A stretch of 64,000 nt of DNA from Cenarchaeum sp. (GCA_965206845.1 OZ242221.1:704001-768000), one strand, 5' to 3'; shown: positions 41,032-50,503, counted from the first letter of the stretch. A program made the numbers and translations. Notes: generated by a model not told the origin, from the letters alone.

Positions 41032-41125
41032 CTTTGTATCCCTAAATGAGCAGACAGCCTGTTTTTTAAGTTATGACCGCCGGGAGTCGCGAGCGTCCGG
41101 ATCCACATGCAGGCATCCGGGGCCA

Positions 41126-41371
41126 TTACATATCCTCCTGCGCCATCTGCTTTTTTGAGGCTATGCTCTTGATCGCAAAGAAGATGCAGGCGCCGATTCC
41201 AACCGCAAATACCGGCGCCACAAAGGGCGTCATTCCAATTACCATCAGGGCCGTACCGGCGACAAGTATTGCATCCCGCCTCACAAACCTCAACGTATGT
41301 GATGCGCCATGAACCGATAAAAGGATAGTGCCGTGGCTCAGGCCAAATTGGTTCTCTTCACTGCATGTCAT
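41126..41371 (-). CDS. Small membrane protein (start uncertain)
   Basis: Two hydrophobic segments followed by a basic tail. Confidence 0.5.
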   Translation of the reverse strand: MTCSEENQFGLSHGTILLSVHGASHTLRFVRRDAILVAGTALMVIGMTPFVAPVFAVGIGACIFFAIKSIASKKQMAQEDM

Positions 41372-41597
41372 TACTCTAACTCTTCTTCATCGCCCGGCGA
41401 TGGTGTACCGGCATCCCGGAGTAATAGTTTTTTGTCAGGCTGGCCTTGGCCGTATCCCTTCTGGGCTGCCGGAACGGGCCGGAGGCGAGTCACGGGCCGT
41501 GGTCTGGGCAGTGCCGTCAGATGTGCGGCGTGCCGCATATGGCCGGATCCACGGGTGCGGATCGATGGCAGCGAGGGCGCCTTCCCGATGCAAAGAG

Positions 41598-41674
41598 TGG
41601 CGGGATTGGCAGGATTTGAACCTACGACCCCTGGTACCCAAAACCAGAATCATACCAAGCTAGACTACAATCCC
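41598..41674 (-). tRNA. tRNA-Pro(TGG)
   Basis: Cloverleaf GGGATTG..CTGGT-TTTGGGT-ACCAG..GGTTCAAATCC..CAATCCC, encoded CCA. Confidence 0.95.
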
Positions 41675-41752
41675 ACAAGGTACGGCAAGTCGGTACCTCA
41701 ATTTAACTTTGGTACATTAGATTTTAAATAACGACCGGCAGGGATCGTAACA

Positions 41753-42646
41753 GTGGAGACGGACAGCTACCTCAGGGCAGGCAGAATAGCAGCCGAGGTA
41801 AGGGAGATGGCAAGGAACAAGAACTGGGTTGGAAGAACCACCTACGAGATATGTGAGGAGATCGAGGGCGAGATAGCAAGGCGCGGGGCAGTATGCGCCT
41901 TTCCGGTAAACACCAGCATAAACGAGGTGGCGGCCCACTACACCGCAGAGCCCAACGACACGCTTACCATCACGGAGAATGACCTTCTGAAGATCGACCT
42001 GGGAGCCCAGATAGACGGGTACATTGCAGATACCGCAGTTACCGTCAACTACAACCCCGAGTACGACTATCTGGTAAGCACCGCAGAGGAGGCGCTGGAG
42101 AACGCGCTGGCGGTGGCGCGGGCCGGCGTCAAGACCAGCAAGATTGGAAGAACCATCGAGGATACCGTAAAGCGGAACAGCTGTCTGCCGATAGCCAACC
42201 TCAGCGGCCACTCGCTGGATCGGTACACGATACACGCAGGAAGATCCATCCCCAACATATGGTCCCTGTCCTTGGAGTCGCTCTCGGCCTCGTCGGCTTA
42301 CGCCTGCGAGCCCTTCGTTACAACAAAGAATGGCGCGGGCTTTGTAAAAAACGGCAAGACAAAGAACATCTACGCCCTGGCATCACGGAAGAGGACAAAG
42401 AACGCAGACGCAGACAAGCTGCTGGAGTATATCTGGGAGAGCTTTAACATGCTGCCCTTTGCCCTGCGCTGGATCCTAAAGGACTACCGGGAGGATCGGG
42501 CAAGGGAGCTGTTGGAGGTTCTGGTAAAGAAGAAGGCGGTGCGCGCCTACCCGGTACTGGTAGAGGTCATGGGCCAGAGGGTGGCGCAGGCAGAGCACAC
42601 GTTCATACCCGGAGACGACGGAATCACCGTAACGACCAAGGCCTAG
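41753..42646 (+). CDS. map: Type II methionine aminopeptidase
   Basis: AFP, AAHY, KIDLGAQIDGYIADTA, NLSGH, EPF, QAEHT. Confidence 0.95.
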   Translation: METDSYLRAGRIAAEVREMARNKNWVGRTTYEICEEIEGEIARRGAVCAFPVNTSINEVAAHYTAEPNDTLTITENDLLKIDLGAQIDGYIADTAVTVNYNPEYDYLVSTAEEALENALAVARAGVKTSKIGRTIEDTVKRNSCLPIANLSGHSLDRYTIHAGRSIPNIWSLSLESLSASSAYACEPFVTTKNGAGFVKNGKTKNIYALASRKRTKNADADKLLEYIWESFNMLPFALRWILKDYREDRARELLEVLVKKKAVRAYPVLVEVMGQRVAQAEHTFIPGDDGITVTTKA

Positions 42647-42649
42647 GGA

Positions 42650-42823
42650 CTACTTGGCAGTCTCGCCGTAGATCATCTCTATAGTCACCACGCCGCCGCA
42701 CGGACACTGTGCCGACTCGGCAAACAGGCAGTCCCCCGGGGCAAACTTCGCCCGGGTCTCCCTGCTGCAGGACCCGCACCGGGATACCGTGTACGCCGTG
42801 GTGACCTTGGGCTTCTTGAACAT
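42650..42823 (-). CDS. Small Zn-ribbon protein (57 aa, not in ORF track)
   Basis: MFKKPKVTTAYTVSRCGSC..F.PGD..CPCGG..IY.E; ATG overlaps the upstream stop (TGATG). Confidence 0.75.
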   Translation of the reverse strand: MFKKPKVTTAYTVSRCGSCSRETRAKFAPGDCLFAESAQCPCGGVVTIEMIYGETAK

Positions 42824-43944
42824 CACTGCGGCACCCCCAGGGTGTTGCCCACCCCCACCACTAGAACCGAGCCGCCCTCCGGGGCGGCCTCACGGATCAT
42901 CTCACGAACCTGGTGGCTCACATCGTCGGCCCGCAGCGCGACATCCTTTGTCATCAGCGTGATGGCCTCTCCGACCGTCTGCTTTACCACAATGGCATAG
43001 ATCGGAATGCCGTGCTTTGTCGCAGCCTCCTCGATCTGGAACCGTTCCGTGCCGATTCCCCCTATGGCAGCCCCAAAGCCGCGGGAGATCGTTGCCGACT
43101 CCTCGCCCTCCATCCTCATGGCGGCATCGATCATGATCACCGCATCGACCTTGTCCTGGGAGATTACATGCTCGACGGCGTCTCCCGGACGGCCCACAGA
43201 CGACAGCGGGCCCCTGGCCTTTAAGAGGTGGATGCGCCTCCCGTCCATCTCGGTCCGGGCCCAGACGGTCTGAAACGCCGCCTCCTTCTTCTCCAGATTC
43301 AGCATCATCCTGCCCACTATCATGGGTCCGATTCCGTCGCCCACAGGCTGTCCCAGCTTGAATACCGGCGCGGCGTCCCTCAGGGCCTTGGCCTCCTCCA
43401 TTATAAAGGGAAGTATCATCTGGAGAGGCAGAATCATTGGAAAGTTCTTCTGCTTTTTTGCGGTCAGATACAGGTGGTTGACAATCCTGTAGACCAGGTG
43501 CAGTGAGGATGCAATCTCCACAAGGGTCTGGATCTTTGACTGCGCCAGCTCGTCCAGGCTCGGATCAAGCTCCCGGATCTGCGCCCTTGTGTGATCGTCT
43601 CTGGAGCGCACCAAGTGCCGAACCTTGGGCACCATGCCGGCCGGATCCATGTCTACAGGCATTATGCTAAAGTAGTCAATGATGGTCCTGATGCGGGACG
43701 AGGGATCCGAGGCCGTCTTCACGTTCTTACTGATGTAATCCATCAGCTCGCTCTCTGACTCGTCCCGGTATATCTTCAGCTTGGTTACGTGCTTTTTGAC
43801 CTGGTTGGCCGAGATGTACAGCTGGATCTGCTGGCCGTAGAAGACGAAGAAGATTATTGGAAGGATCCACACCAGCATCATAAGAGGGCTGGTATCATCG
43901 CCGAAGCTAAAGAACTCCTCAAAGTCGGTAAAATCCACCGACAT
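42823..43944 (-). CDS. DUF1512-family membrane-anchored protein
   Basis: PVDMDP.G, PVGDGIGP, KA.GP..VGR.G, IDAA...EGE, VGVGNT.G. Confidence 0.85.
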   Translation of the reverse strand: MSVDFTDFEEFFSFGDDTSPLMMLVWILPIIFFVFYGQQIQLYISANQVKKHVTKLKIYRDESESELMDYISKNVKTASDPSSRIRTIIDYFSIMPVDMDPAGMVPKVRHLVRSRDDHTRAQIRELDPSLDELAQSKIQTLVEIASSLHLVYRIVNHLYLTAKKQKNFPMILPLQMILPFIMEEAKALRDAAPVFKLGQPVGDGIGPMIVGRMMLNLEKKEAAFQTVWARTEMDGRRIHLLKARGPLSSVGRPGDAVEHVISQDKVDAVIMIDAAMRMEGEESATISRGFGAAIGGIGTERFQIEEAATKHGIPIYAIVVKQTVGEAITLMTKDVALRADDVSHQVREMIREAAPEGGSVLVVGVGNTLGVPQ

Positions 43945-44141
43945 CTGCTGCCCGCAATTCCAAATTAAACGCTTCGATATTTTTTGCCGCGCAGCGGTTT
44001 TAGGAACCACTCCGCGATCCAAGAACCCCGGCGGCGCCGGCCACCTGTCGCATCCGGTCAGGCCCAAAGGCGCCCCACAGCGTGTACGCCGGTGCCCGGA
44101 TAAGAGAGGAGCCGGCCCGATATCCTTTGGGGGTTTAAAAA

Positions 44142-46072
44142 GGGAATTATATACTTCGGTAGGCATGACCACGCGCCTCCCGCGGATGGGGTTTTTGTTT
44201 GGATACCTTCACATGGCATCCGCTCCCATCCGGGAGCCAGTAACCTGCCACCCCCGGATGGCCATGACGGTTCGGACTGTCTGCATGGTCTGCATGGTAT
44301 TGTCGCGGTGTTTTTATGCGCGCTTGGCATTTGCATGCGGTAATGAGACCCATCATGGCGGCCGCGACAGCAACAGTGTTAGCGGCGACGGCAACCGCAA
44401 CGGCAACCGAGCCGGCGCCAAAAAAGTGGTCAAGGCGCCCAATGGAGGGCACCATGGTGCGCACCATAAAGGTGGACTTTGACCAGTCGGCCGAGCTGTC
44501 AGATTTGATATCCCGCCGCATGGACCAGCAGAGGTGGGCCTTCAACATGGCCGTCCGCGAGAAGCTGAACGACCCGAGAACGACAAAGTATGACCTCAAC
44601 AAGATGCTCACCAAATGGAGGAATGAGAAGAAGTGGCTCGTCCATGACAAGGACGCGCTGGCCGCAGGACGCAAGGAGGCCTGTAACAACAGGGTGCAGA
44701 GGACCGGGCTTCGCCAGGGCCTGGACGCGGTGGAGAAGTTCATGATATCCAACGGCAGGAAGCGCCGCAACAAGTCGGTGTGGAAGTACCTGGCCAAGCT
44801 CTATCGGGAAAGGGAGGCGAGGAAGGCCGCCAAGATGTCACGCAACAGTGGGGGCGGCGATGGCGGCGCCCAAAATGAGGCAAGCGGCGCCGACGCTGGC
44901 GCAAGCCTGCCGTCAAACAAGTGGAGCAGGAAAAATAACAAGTGGCGCCGCAGGGACACCCTGTTCAAGAGGAAGGGGAAAATGTGGTCCCTGTCGGTGT
45001 TCGAGAAGCCCGTATACAAGGGCGGCAACACGGTCATGCTCCCCGGTATAGGCACTGTAAGGGTGCACGGCGACGTTGAGGATCTGGACATGCGCCCCTT
45101 CCAGCTCGTGGAGACGACCAAGAAAACAACCAAGCGCACCAAAGATCACCACAAGACTTACCGCCTCCACATCCAGGTTGAAACCAAGGCACCAGAGCCG
45201 TCCGAACATGCGGTCATCAGGGGCGTGGACATGGGCATAGTCCACGGCGCCGCCACCGTCGACCTTGGCACCGGCCATCACAAGTTCCACGACCTCCCAA
45301 ATGGCTGCAGGAGAGCCAAGAACGACGACATATCGAAGATGTACTCGGAGCTCTCGCAAAAGAGGGGAGGGAGAGGCAACCGCAGGATCAGGCAGGACAC
45401 CAATGAAGGCGCCGACGGCAGGAACAACACGAGCGGCAACAACAGGAACAAAACAAGGAAGCCCAAGTCCCGCGGCTACAGGGAGCTCCAGAGGAAGATC
45501 CGGAAGAAGCGCGAGAAGATCGCCAACTGCCAGACCAACTGGGAGAGGCACGCGTCCAAGGAGATTGCGGACGGCGCCGGCACGGTGGCCATCGAGGACC
45601 TGAAAGTCAAGAACATGACCGCTAGGGCCAAGGGCAAGGGGAGCTCCGCCAAGACGGGGCTCAACCGCGAGATGGCGTACTCAAGGCCAGGGACTTTCCA
45701 GCGCCAGATCATGGGCGCCTGTGAGAACGCGGGAGTCATCGTCATAACGGTGGACCCCAAGGGCACCAGCATAACATGCCACAAGTGCGGCCACAGTGAC
45801 AAGGAATCCAGGATATCCCAAGGGAGGTTCCGCTGCGCCAATGACAAGTGTTACAATGACGTCAACGCCGACATAAACGCGGCGCATAACATTGCCTCCA
45901 AGGCGACAGCCATGGCGGCAGGGCGGCGGGGATCGTCGTCCCAAGGCGCGAGACTCCGGCGCGGGATTGCTCCCGCGCGTTCCGCAAACAGCACGCGAGA
46001 AGCAAGCGTGGGAGGGATTGCAAGAGCGCCAGAAAAAGGCAGGGGTACTGCGTACCCATGTATATAATTCCC
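44142..46072 (+). mobile_element. Non-autonomous TIR element carrying a TnpB-like nuclease
   Basis: TIR GGGAATTATATAC (13-bp perfect, 21/24 when extended); direct repeat TTTAAAAA at 44134-44141 and 46073-46080; no transposase inside. Confidence 0.85.
44343..46067 (+). CDS. tnpB: TnpB/Cas12f-like RNA-guided endonuclease
   Basis: RTIKV..R..FN N-terminus, RuvC-I GVDMG, RuvC-II IEDL, Zn finger TS.TC..CG..F.C...C, RuvC-III NADINAAHNI; start could be anywhere from 44316 to 44454. Confidence 0.92.
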   Translation: MRPIMAAATATVLAATATATATEPAPKKWSRRPMEGTMVRTIKVDFDQSAELSDLISRRMDQQRWAFNMAVREKLNDPRTTKYDLNKMLTKWRNEKKWLVHDKDALAAGRKEACNNRVQRTGLRQGLDAVEKFMISNGRKRRNKSVWKYLAKLYREREARKAAKMSRNSGGGDGGAQNEASGADAGASLPSNKWSRKNNKWRRRDTLFKRKGKMWSLSVFEKPVYKGGNTVMLPGIGTVRVHGDVEDLDMRPFQLVETTKKTTKRTKDHHKTYRLHIQVETKAPEPSEHAVIRGVDMGIVHGAATVDLGTGHHKFHDLPNGCRRAKNDDISKMYSELSQKRGGRGNRRIRQDTNEGADGRNNTSGNNRNKTRKPKSRGYRELQRKIRKKREKIANCQTNWERHASKEIADGAGTVAIEDLKVKNMTARAKGKGSSAKTGLNREMAYSRPGTFQRQIMGACENAGVIVITVDPKGTSITCHKCGHSDKESRISQGRFRCANDKCYNDVNADINAAHNIASKATAMAAGRRGSSSQGARLRRGIAPARSANSTREASVGGIARAPEKGRGTAYPCI

Positions 46073-46092
46073 TTTAAAAAGAACCGCTTTTA
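45900..46092 (+). ncRNA. Putative TnpB omega/reRNA (scaffold plus about 20-nt flank-derived guide)
   Basis: Conserved with 51089-51250; covarying hairpins; expected position at the tnpB 3' end. Confidence 0.65.
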
Positions 46093-46120
46093 TTATAGCT
46101 AATATAGAAGTTTTTTATTA

Positions 46121-46681
46121 ATGCCACAGACTAAACCAATTGTAAGCGTAGAGAATGTAGTTGCATCCGCATCAGTAGATCAGAAGATGGATCTAAACGA
46201 GATCACAAGAACATTCCTGGATGTCGAGTACCATCCAGACCAGTTTCCCGGGCTAGTCTTCAGGTTGAGCAACCCCAAGACCGCCACGCTGATCTTTACC
46301 TCTGGCAAGATGGTGTGCACCGGCTCAAAGTCCGAAGAGATGGCCAGAAAGGCGGTAAAGACCGTCGTTCAGAAGCTCCGAAAGGGCGGCGTCAGCGTAA
46401 AGAAGGATGCCGTGGTGGAGATACAGAACATCGTAGCGTCCATCAACCTAGGCGGAAAGATCCACCTAGAGCAGGCCGCAAGAACCCTGCCCCGGAGCAT
46501 GTACGAGCCGGAGCAGTTTCCTGGCCTGATTCACAGAATGCTGGATCCCAAGACGGTAATACTGCTGTTCTCCTCTGGAAAGCTGGTGTGTACCGGAGCA
46601 AAGAAGGAGCCCGATGTGTACAGATCCGTCAACAACCTGCATGCCCTCCTAGAAGAGAAGGATCTCATGATCTACGAGTAA
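46121..46681 (+). CDS. tbp: TATA-box-binding protein
   Basis: Two repeats: ENVVAS..YHPDQFPGL..SGKMVCTG and QNIVAS..YEPEQFPGL..SGKLVCTG. Confidence 0.97.
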   Translation: MPQTKPIVSVENVVASASVDQKMDLNEITRTFLDVEYHPDQFPGLVFRLSNPKTATLIFTSGKMVCTGSKSEEMARKAVKTVVQKLRKGGVSVKKDAVVEIQNIVASINLGGKIHLEQAARTLPRSMYEPEQFPGLIHRMLDPKTVILLFSSGKLVCTGAKKEPDVYRSVNNLHALLEEKDLMIYE

Positions 46682-46938
46682 TCACCTACTCCCCCCCATT
46701 TTGCACGATGTCCTGATACCTGCCCATGCGCGGAACCGGGATGCCATGGTGCGGCCTTGTGCATGAGGGCCGCATCGAGCCTGCCGGGATTCGCCGGATG
46801 CAGAACCGTCCGCGGCACCGCGCCAGGCGCAAGAGCGCCCCTGAGACGCGCGCTCAAGGTACGCAGACGGGAACGGATGCGACCCCGCGCCGCGCCAACA
46901 GCGAATATTTTATATGGTTTCAACCGATCACGTAGGCA

Positions 46939-47637
46939 ATGGTAAACCCCCGCGCGTGGCTTGCAGAGTCGATAGCCACGTACGCACTGGTCTTCTTTGG
47001 GCCGCTCTCGATAATACTGGCAGTGGCGCAGTTCGGCGAGGGGCTTACCACCATGTCGGTGCTCTTCATCTCACTGGCACACGGGGGCATCATCGGCGTG
47101 ATGATCTACACCTTTGGGCACATATCGGGAGCCCACATCAACCCCGCAGTTACCATACCCATGATGGTTACAAGAAAGATCGGCATCTCAGACGGGATAG
47201 GCTACATCGTCTTTCAGATTATCGGCGCGCTGGCGGCAGCCGCAACCCTGAAGGCAATACTGCCGGAACTGGGAGCCGCGGTAAACTTTGGAACACAGGG
47301 AGGACCAAGCGAGATATTGAACAAGAGCGTTGGTTCGGGATTTGCAGTGGAGGCCGTTTTGACGTTCTTCCTGGTGCTGGTAATATTCATGACTGCTGTG
47401 CACAAGAGGGCATCTCCGGGATGGCACGGGTTTGCCATCGGCGGAATGGTGTTCCTGATTCACCTGATAGCGGTTCCGCTTACCGGGGCATCGGTCAATC
47501 CCGCCAGGACGTTTGGTCCGGCAGTAATATCCGGCTTTTGGGAGTTTCACTGGCTGTACTGGGCCGCGCCCATTCTGGGCGGAGTCGTGGCAGGCCTGCT
47601 CATGAACTACATCTACGTCAAGAAGGAAGAGCAGTAG
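46939..47637 (+). CDS. Aquaporin (MIP family)
   Basis: SGAHINPAVT and GASVNPARTFGP. Confidence 0.95.
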   Translation: MVNPRAWLAESIATYALVFFGPLSIILAVAQFGEGLTTMSVLFISLAHGGIIGVMIYTFGHISGAHINPAVTIPMMVTRKIGISDGIGYIVFQIIGALAAAATLKAILPELGAAVNFGTQGGPSEILNKSVGSGFAVEAVLTFFLVLVIFMTAVHKRASPGWHGFAIGGMVFLIHLIAVPLTGASVNPARTFGPAVISGFWEFHWLYWAAPILGGVVAGLLMNYIYVKKEEQ

Positions 47638-47657
47638 GCTGGTTGCCGGTTCTGCAC

Positions 47658-48059
47658 ATGAGCACCACTCCAGACCGCCTGTTGCGCTCTGAGCATGATG
47701 CTCTGAGGGGTGCTGTAGACAGGCTGTTGGGGGAGACCGGAAGGCTCCCCGTATCTGATGTGGTCGGGGCGTACTACCTGGCCATAAGCCTGGGAGCCGC
47801 AGTTGAGGCGGCGCGCAGGGCAGGCATCGCGGCGCACGAGTCCCGGGATCTGTTGGATAGGTTCAACCGGATCCTGCACCCGCGGGTGGCCCGGGAGCTC
47901 TCAGATGCCATACAGGAGCAGATCACAAGGCTGCAGACGCAGAGCCACGAGAAGACAAGGAAGGAGACAGAGTGCGAGGCAGGCGCCTACTCGAGGCTCC
48001 GCGAGATGATGAGCACCCGGGAGTTTGTCAGGCAGTATGGGCATGGAATGGACGTCTGA
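47658..48059 (+). CDS. Hypothetical helical protein
   Basis: MSTTPDRLL..LREMMSTREFV.QY; operon-like position. Confidence 0.65.
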   Translation: MSTTPDRLLRSEHDALRGAVDRLLGETGRLPVSDVVGAYYLAISLGAAVEAARRAGIAAHESRDLLDRFNRILHPRVARELSDAIQEQITRLQTQSHEKTRKETECEAGAYSRLREMMSTREFVRQYGHGMDV

Positions 48060-48852
48060 TCTGGTCGGGATCAAAAAGGAGCTGGCGCGGCGCAGCCCAG
48101 GAGGCCTGCTGGAAGCCGTCCCCGAATCGGAGTACGGGGGCCTGACGGCGCGCCGTCTGGAGTGTATCCACAGGTTTGCCCGGAGCAACCCCATCTACCA
48201 CACCTCGCACCGGGAGACCATATCCGGGGTGCCAGTCCGCGTATACGAGGGTGACTGCAACAGGTACTGGCTCAACAGCATACAGCACGATTCCAGCCGG
48301 GCGCCCTTCTCGCCTACCTGGATGGCATCCGCATATGCGATGGCATCGGTGGCCCGGTCCCTGGGATTTCTGGAGGTTGTGGATGTAGGATCCGGGGACG
48401 GTCGGATTGCCCACTTTGCCAGAGTGTGCGGCATGGATGCCTGCGGCATAGAACTTGACGAAATGCTGACAGACCTGCAGAAGAGGATTGCAGACTCCAC
48501 GGGGATCAGCTACAGGACAGAGTGCGCCGATGCCGCAGCACTCGACTACGGCAGGCTTGGGCTGACGCGTCCGGCGTTCTTTATCGGCGGCCTTGCCCAG
48601 ATGGGCGGCAGTGAGCTGGCAGGAGCTGTCATAGACGGGATTGGCAGGGTCCCTGGCCTTCTGGGGAGGTCGTGCGTGGTACTTGCGGGAACGCACTCGG
48701 CCAAGTACGCGCCGGCGCCGCCGGCAGGCTGGGGCTCGACGATAAGATCCAGGGGGATGGACGTGATCAGGACAATAGAGCTTCCCACCGCCTGGACCAT
48801 GCACGAGCCGCAGGAGACGCCGTACATCTACTGCAGGTTTGCGCCTACGTAG
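48025..48852 (+). CDS. SAM-dependent methyltransferase-like protein
   Basis: VVDVGSGDGR motif I; GIELD. Confidence 0.8.
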   Translation: MSGSMGMEWTSDLVGIKKELARRSPGGLLEAVPESEYGGLTARRLECIHRFARSNPIYHTSHRETISGVPVRVYEGDCNRYWLNSIQHDSSRAPFSPTWMASAYAMASVARSLGFLEVVDVGSGDGRIAHFARVCGMDACGIELDEMLTDLQKRIADSTGISYRTECADAAALDYGRLGLTRPAFFIGGLAQMGGSELAGAVIDGIGRVPGLLGRSCVVLAGTHSAKYAPAPPAGWGSTIRSRGMDVIRTIELPTAWTMHEPQETPYIYCRFAPT

Positions 48853-49028
48853 GCCGGGGAATGGCAACTCCGGGGAGATGAGCCTGCCGGCACGGGGCAG
48901 CCGACTGCCTGTAGGCGCTCCGGGAATGCCCCCGGCGGGGCCGCGATCAGTCAGTTAGTTTGTGGCGATATCCTGCAGGATGCCACCTGATAGAAATTCA
49001 AATTAAGGCCGTGCTTGGTAGCGCTGTT

Positions 49029-49103
49029 GGGCTCGTTGCATAGCATGGATAGTGCGAACGCTTGCGGAGCGTTAGGTCGAGGGTTCGAATCCCTTCGGGC
49101 CCA
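49029..49103 (+). tRNA. tRNA-Arg(GCG)
   Basis: GGGCTCG..AACGC-TTGCGGA-GCGTT..GGTTCGAATCC..CGGGCCC A. Confidence 0.95.
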
Positions 49104-49272
49104 CTCTTTGGATCGCGGCGGCGATGTCACCGCGCGCAGACCGGGCGATTAGGGAGTCGGATTGTAGACGCGCCGCATCCGGGCTGATCCCTAGTCAGAG
49201 ATCATCAGCCGAGTTTGCAGGAGAGCCAGATCTTCCAAAAGGCATATTAGATGATTTTTCTGTTGTTTTTTC

Positions 49273-49857
49273 ATGGGCGATTCCAAGGAACCTCACGTAG
49301 TGGGAGTCGAGGTGCTAAAGCAGAACGGTCTGGACGTGGATGCCCTGATAAGGGAACTGGTAAGCAACGCGGCCGTCGAGTTTGCGGCATACTATTACTT
49401 TACGAACCTGCGCTCCTTCTGTACCGGAATGGAGGGTGAAGGAATCAAGGGAGTGATAGAGGACGCCAGACTCGAGGATCTCAGCCACTTCGAGTCCTGC
49501 ATAGACAGGATATACCAGCTGGGGGGGGAGTTTCCCACCGACATTACCAAGTTTGTAGAGCGGGCCAACGCAGAGTTCCTGCAGTCGGACAGAAAGACCA
49601 CGCTGAACCAGATCCTGGACAAGTGCCTCAGAGCCGAACAGGGGGCCATCATAAACTGGAACAAGATATGCAGAATGACCCACGGAAAAGATCCCGTGAC
49701 GTACGAGATTGCGTCACACATACTGGCAGAGGAGATAGAGCACGAGTCCTGGTTTCTGGAGATCCTGCACGGCAGGCCGTCAGGACACATGCGGAGAAGG
49801 TATTCAGGCGAGCGGCCACACACCGGCAAGCATTCCAGGTCACTGGGAGATCTCTAG
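49273..49857 (+). CDS. Dps-like (DpsL) ferritin-family protein
   Basis: E..AYYY, EDARLED..HFE, AE..AI, EEIEHE.WF.E. Confidence 0.9.
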   Translation: MGDSKEPHVVGVEVLKQNGLDVDALIRELVSNAAVEFAAYYYFTNLRSFCTGMEGEGIKGVIEDARLEDLSHFESCIDRIYQLGGEFPTDITKFVERANAEFLQSDRKTTLNQILDKCLRAEQGAIINWNKICRMTHGKDPVTYEIASHILAEEIEHESWFLEILHGRPSGHMRRRYSGERPHTGKHSRSLGDL

Positions 49858-49906
49858 CAATTGTCCGGTATGAATAGTTTTTATCTAACTACATTTACAC
49901 TAACCT

Positions 49907-50287
49907 GTGAGCCAAAAATACAGCACTCTAGAGGAGCCATGCCGCGAGATTCTCAAGCTTCCGAAGATCAGGTTTGCCGGCGTCATCGACAGAATGGGCA
50001 GGCGGATTGCCGGCGGCTTTGGAAAGGATGTCGTACCACTCGTTACCGACCGTGACAACCGGGGAATGTACATACAGCTAGCACTGGAGTATCTGATGAG
50101 AAGGGACTTTGACAGCAATCTGGGACAGATCGACTACATAGCATCCCGTCGCGAAAAAGTCACAATGATAACCATTCCTATAGAGAATGGCATAGTACTG
50201 ATAAGCGCCGAGCGGGATGTCGACATCGAAGAGACAATCGCGCAGGTAAACTCTACGTTTACGCTGCTTCCCCACGTCAGGCCCTAG
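49907..50287 (+). CDS. DUF6659-like (roadblock-like) protein
   Basis: C..IL..IRFAGVID.MGR..GG..MRRDFD..LG..Y..RR.KV. Confidence 0.8.
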   Translation: MSQKYSTLEEPCREILKLPKIRFAGVIDRMGRRIAGGFGKDVVPLVTDRDNRGMYIQLALEYLMRRDFDSNLGQIDYIASRREKVTMITIPIENGIVLISAERDVDIEETIAQVNSTFTLLPHVRP

Positions 50288-50386
50288 GCGCAGACACGAT
50301 CGGCTGATCTTCTGGGCTGCTTTGGCAGGCGCGTATGCCACGGGTCAGGTGTCAAAAGAATGCCCTGCACACTGCCTGCCCAGGCA

Positions 50387-50503
50387 TCACCTCCGAAACA
50401 TGACAAATATGCGGGTTCCCACAAGGATGCCTACGGCGGCGATGATGGCCAGCATCACCAGATACCGGGCCGGGTCGTCCATGCCAGTCCATAGGATGTC
50501 CAC
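50387..50503 (-). CDS. Small membrane peptide (38 aa, not in ORF track)
   Basis: MDILWTGMDDPARYLVMLAIIAAVGILVGTRIFVMFRR: single TM with basic end. Confidence 0.5.
   Translation of the reverse strand: MDILWTGMDDPARYLVMLAIIAAVGILVGTRIFVMFRR

Noticed and set aside
44142-44165. Left inverted repeat as a self-target of the TnpB guide (autoregulation)
   Set aside because: The matching right-end sequence is shared by both copies, so it belongs to the element and is not a variable guide. The flanking direct repeat and intact RuvC favour ordinary TIRs.
44000-46900. CRISPR array or cas genes next to the TnpB/Cas12f-like gene
   Set aside because: No repeat-spacer pattern and no cas1/cas2/cas4; the gene fits a transposon-borne TnpB.
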